From contig DAIDJT010000002.1 of the NCBI GenBank assembly GCA_027451265.1, forward strand, positions 1 through 36,240: DNA of 36,240 nucleotides, read 5' to 3'. The position numbers were made by a program, and so were the translations under genes. The notes under the pieces are model-generated. The model had not been told where the DNA came from. It did not search any database and saw only the letters and a list, made by a program, of their open reading frames with translations. The stretch comes from Bacteroidales bacterium. Its GTDB lineage: Bacteria; Bacteroidota; Bacteroidia; Bacteroidales; VadinHA17. This document shows, piece by piece, positions 34,010-36,240 of the stretch (position 1 is the first letter of the stretch; every line of letters starts with the position of its first letter).

Positions 34010-35656
34010 CTACAGTGTTTTGTACTTGCTGTACGGATTGGGAACAAAGAGCGGTATGTGTTTGAATGCCAGGCCGTCAAACAGTCCCCTGTCGCTCATC
34101 TTCAGTTTTGGAATGACCAGCAGAGCCATGAAAGAGAGGGTCATGAAGGGTGCATCGAGCCGGCATCCAAGGTCCCTGACAGTGGCTGATAGCTTTTCAT
34201 ATCTTGAAGCCATTGCTGTTACGGGAAGGTCAGACATAATCCCGGCTACTGGCAGTTTGAGAATTTCTTCGCCATCGTCTGAAGCCACCGCCATGCCACC
34301 GCCTGCATCCACGATCAGGTTTATTGCGTTCACAATATCGCGGTCACTGGCGCCCACCGCTATGATATTATGGCTGTCGTGAGCCACTGATGAGGCCATC
34401 GCGCCGCGTTTCATACCGAAACCCCTGATGAATCCAACGGCCGGGGGTTTATCATTGTATCTTTCCTTGACTACTATTTTAAGCACATCCTCACCTGGCC
34501 TGGAAACGACAAACTCCTCCTCCCCTGCTTCGATGACATCCGAGTCAGTGGTCAGTTCTCCGTTTCTGGCCACAATGAGGTTAATTTTCCCCCCTTCATT
34601 TATAACCCTTATCTCATCAGGCAACAGCCGTGTGCATTTAAATTTGTTTATTTTGATAACCTCTCCGGGCGAGAAGAGTGCTTTATTGCCGTCATAGACG
34701 CATTTGCCGTCTATCCATGTCTGCATTACATTCATTGTGGCAGGGTCATCGACAATGATAAAATCGGCCGGGTCACCCTGACGGAGCGTTCCTGCGCTGA
34801 TCCGGTAATGTTCAAATGTATTTAATGAGGCCGCCCTGACCACATCGAATAAATTATAACCCATTGAAACGAGCCGCGAAACCAGTTTGTTTATATGTCC
34901 CCGGAGAAGTGTTTCCGGGTGAAGGTCGTCTGTGCAGATCATCACCTTTTCAGGGTAGTAGCTTAGAAGCGGCGCAAGCACATCGAGGTTCCTGGCGGCG
35001 CTTCCTTCGCGGATCAGTATTTTCATTCCTCCTGAGATTTTTTCAAGAGCCTCTTCAAGTGAAGTGCATTCGTGGTCAGTGCTGATTCCTGCTTCAATGT
35101 ATTTTTTAAGTTCCTCACCGGTAAGCCCTGGTGCATGGCCGTCAATGGGTACACCGGCATCTCGTGCAGCCTCAAGCTTAAGATGCACTTCCGATTCATT
35201 ATAGATCACCCCGGGAAAGTTCATCATTTCGGCAAGGAACTTCACCCTTCCTTCTTTCAGCATTTCTGCTATATCAGCGGATCCTATCCTTGCACCTGCG
35301 CTCTCTGATGAAGTAGCCGGCACACAGGAAGGAGCACCGAAAATCATCTTTACAGGAACATTTTCTGCATTATCAAGCATGAATTTTACTCCATCCCTTC
35401 CAAGAACATTTGCGATCTCATGCGGATCAGTCACCACAGCCACCGTACCATGCCTCACGGCTGCCACTGCAAAATGTGATGGCACAAGCATGCTGCTTTC
35501 TATATGGACATGGGCATCTGCCAGGCCAGGCATGATGTAATGGTCCGGACTTTCTTCGGCTTCAACTATGGAATCAATCCTTCCGCCTGAGATAGTAACA
35601 ATCCCCGGATAAATGCGTCTTTGATGCACATCGATAATTTTTCCTGCGATTTTCAT
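34010..35656 (-). CDS. ade: adenine deaminase
   Basis: Amidohydrolase metal motifs PGLADAHVHIESS, DPHEIANV, DGHAP and CTDD, followed by the adenine-deaminase C-terminal domain; 548 aa. Confidence 0.9.
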   Translation of the reverse strand: MKIAGKIIDVHQRRIYPGIVTISGGRIDSIVEAEESPDHYIMPGLADAHVHIESSMLVPSHFAVAAVRHGTVAVVTDPHEIANVLGRDGVKFMLDNAENVPVKMIFGAPSCVPATSSESAGARIGSADIAEMLKEGRVKFLAEMMNFPGVIYNESEVHLKLEAARDAGVPIDGHAPGLTGEELKKYIEAGISTDHECTSLEEALEKISGGMKILIREGSAARNLDVLAPLLSYYPEKVMICTDDLHPETLLRGHINKLVSRLVSMGYNLFDVVRAASLNTFEHYRISAGTLRQGDPADFIIVDDPATMNVMQTWIDGKCVYDGNKALFSPGEVIKINKFKCTRLLPDEIRVINEGGKINLIVARNGELTTDSDVIEAGEEEFVVSRPGEDVLKIVVKERYNDKPPAVGFIRGFGMKRGAMASSVAHDSHNIIAVGASDRDIVNAINLIVDAGGGMAVASDDGEEILKLPVAGIMSDLPVTAMASRYEKLSATVRDLGCRLDAPFMTLSFMALLVIPKLKMSDRGLFDGLAFKHIPLFVPNPYSKYKTL

Positions 35657-35666
35657 GTTTTATAAA

Positions 35667-35690
35667 GAAAAAATGTTCCACGTGGAACAT
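35667..35690 (-). terminator. perfect 18-bp palindrome ATGTTCCACGTGGAACAT plus T-tract (copy B); possible mnmG terminator or operator in front of ade
   Basis: The palindrome spans 35673..35690. On the minus strand it can form a 7-bp stem with an ACGT loop, followed by TTTTTCTTTAT. It lies 6 nt after the mnmG stop and 16 nt before the ade ATG. Confidence 0.45.
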
Positions 35691-35696
35691 CGATTT

Positions 35697-36240
35697 TTAT
35701 CTGCCAAGATACATTATCAGAATTGAAATATCTGAAGAAGAAACCCCGCTTATCCTTGAGGCCTGTCCAATTGTCCGAGGTCTGATCCTTGCCAGCTTCT
35801 GTCTTCCTTCTGTCGATATCGAAGCCAGCTCTTCATACTTTGTCTCCTCAGGTATTCTGAGTTCTTCCAGTCTTCTTATCTTTTCAGCTATTCCTCTTTC
35901 TCTTTCAAGATACCCCGAATACTTAACCTTTATCTCTGCTGCTTCAATAATCTCAATCCTCCGGTCAGATCGGGCGTAACCAAGACTATCGCTGCTTTTT
36001 ATTCTATGAAGCAGTTCCGCCAGTTCAACCTGTGGTCTTGTTGCAATATTAATTGCTTTTATCTTCTGACCTATTTCAGCTGTTCCTTTCTCCTTCAGCA
36101 AATCATTTATCTCAGAGGGTGAAATGCTGACACTTTTCAGGAACGTAATCAGTTCCTCAGTCATTTCGTATTTTTCCCTGAGTCTCTGAACCCGTTTCCC
36201 ATCAGCAGTCCCAAGTGCAGCAGGTTTTGACGTCAATCTC
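35697..36240 (-). CDS. mnmG: tRNA uridine 5-carboxymethylaminomethyl modification enzyme MnmG (GidA), C-terminal ~180 aa only
   Basis: The C-terminal domain pattern IKVKYSGYLERE, LRIPE...Y..I..LS.E...KL...RP.T.GQASRISGV...DI..L..YL is characteristic of MnmG. The ORF runs off the right edge of the window. Confidence 0.9.
   Translation of the reverse strand, partial: RLTSKPAALGTADGKRVQRLREKYEMTEELITFLKSVSISPSEINDLLKEKGTAEIGQKIKAINIATRPQVELAELLHRIKSSDSLGYARSDRRIEIIEAAEIKVKYSGYLERERGIAEKIRRLEELRIPEETKYEELASISTEGRQKLARIRPRTIGQASRISGVSSSDISILIMYLGR

Noticed and set aside
1-36240. Mobile element, prophage, defence island or CRISPR array
   Set aside because: I found no integrase, transposase or recombinase genes, no flanking tRNA, no long inverted or direct repeats, and no spacer-repeat periodicity. 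Every sizeable ORF except the first has a housekeeping assignment. Some genes (uvrC, HemD-like, mnmG) look more AT-rich, but I could not compute composition rigorously and these are core genes.

Overview
This is a 36.2-kb gene-dense chromosomal segment with 33 CDS on both strands, two of them cut by the window edges. Nearly all are housekeeping genes. Left to right: a truncated repeat-containing hypothetical protein, an OM beta-barrel protein, then pepE / AsmA-like / sensor kinase / U32 (+ strand). Next come rsgA / degenerate hybrid kinase / selU (- strand) and a PPi-type phosphofructokinase (-). These are followed by a C_GCAxxG_C_C protein, a TIGR01777 oxidoreductase, an FNR-like Crp regulator, a PHP histidinol-phosphatase-like protein, mntP, dtd, an MFS transporter and deoC. 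Then come DUF4271, a HemD-like protein, rnpA and an S41 protease. The - strand array queD / polA / moaD / moaE follows. The window ends with an acyl-CoA ligase, lspA, a polyprenyl synthase, a CoA-binding protein, uvrC, ade and the 3' end of mnmG. Two things suggest a Bacteroidota (Bacteroidales-like) genome: gene content and order (DUF4271-HemD-like-RnpA, PPi-PFK), and TAnnTTTG octamers upstream of several start codons. That assignment is inference only. I saw no rRNA, tRNA, CRISPR array, transposase, integrase, phage gene or recognisable defence gene. I did not find a convincing novel multi-gene system. The observations most worth a second look are: (1) a 939-aa hybrid sensor kinase whose phospho-acceptor His is Phe and whose ATP-lid motifs are degenerate; (2) a CACGTG-centred palindromic element present twice, each time just 3' of a minus-strand stop codon; (3) a Crp-family regulator with an FNR-like Cys arrangement; (4) a tightly coupled queD-polA-moaD-moaE array with an orphan, short MoaE. 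All family calls come from reading motifs by eye. No searches were run.
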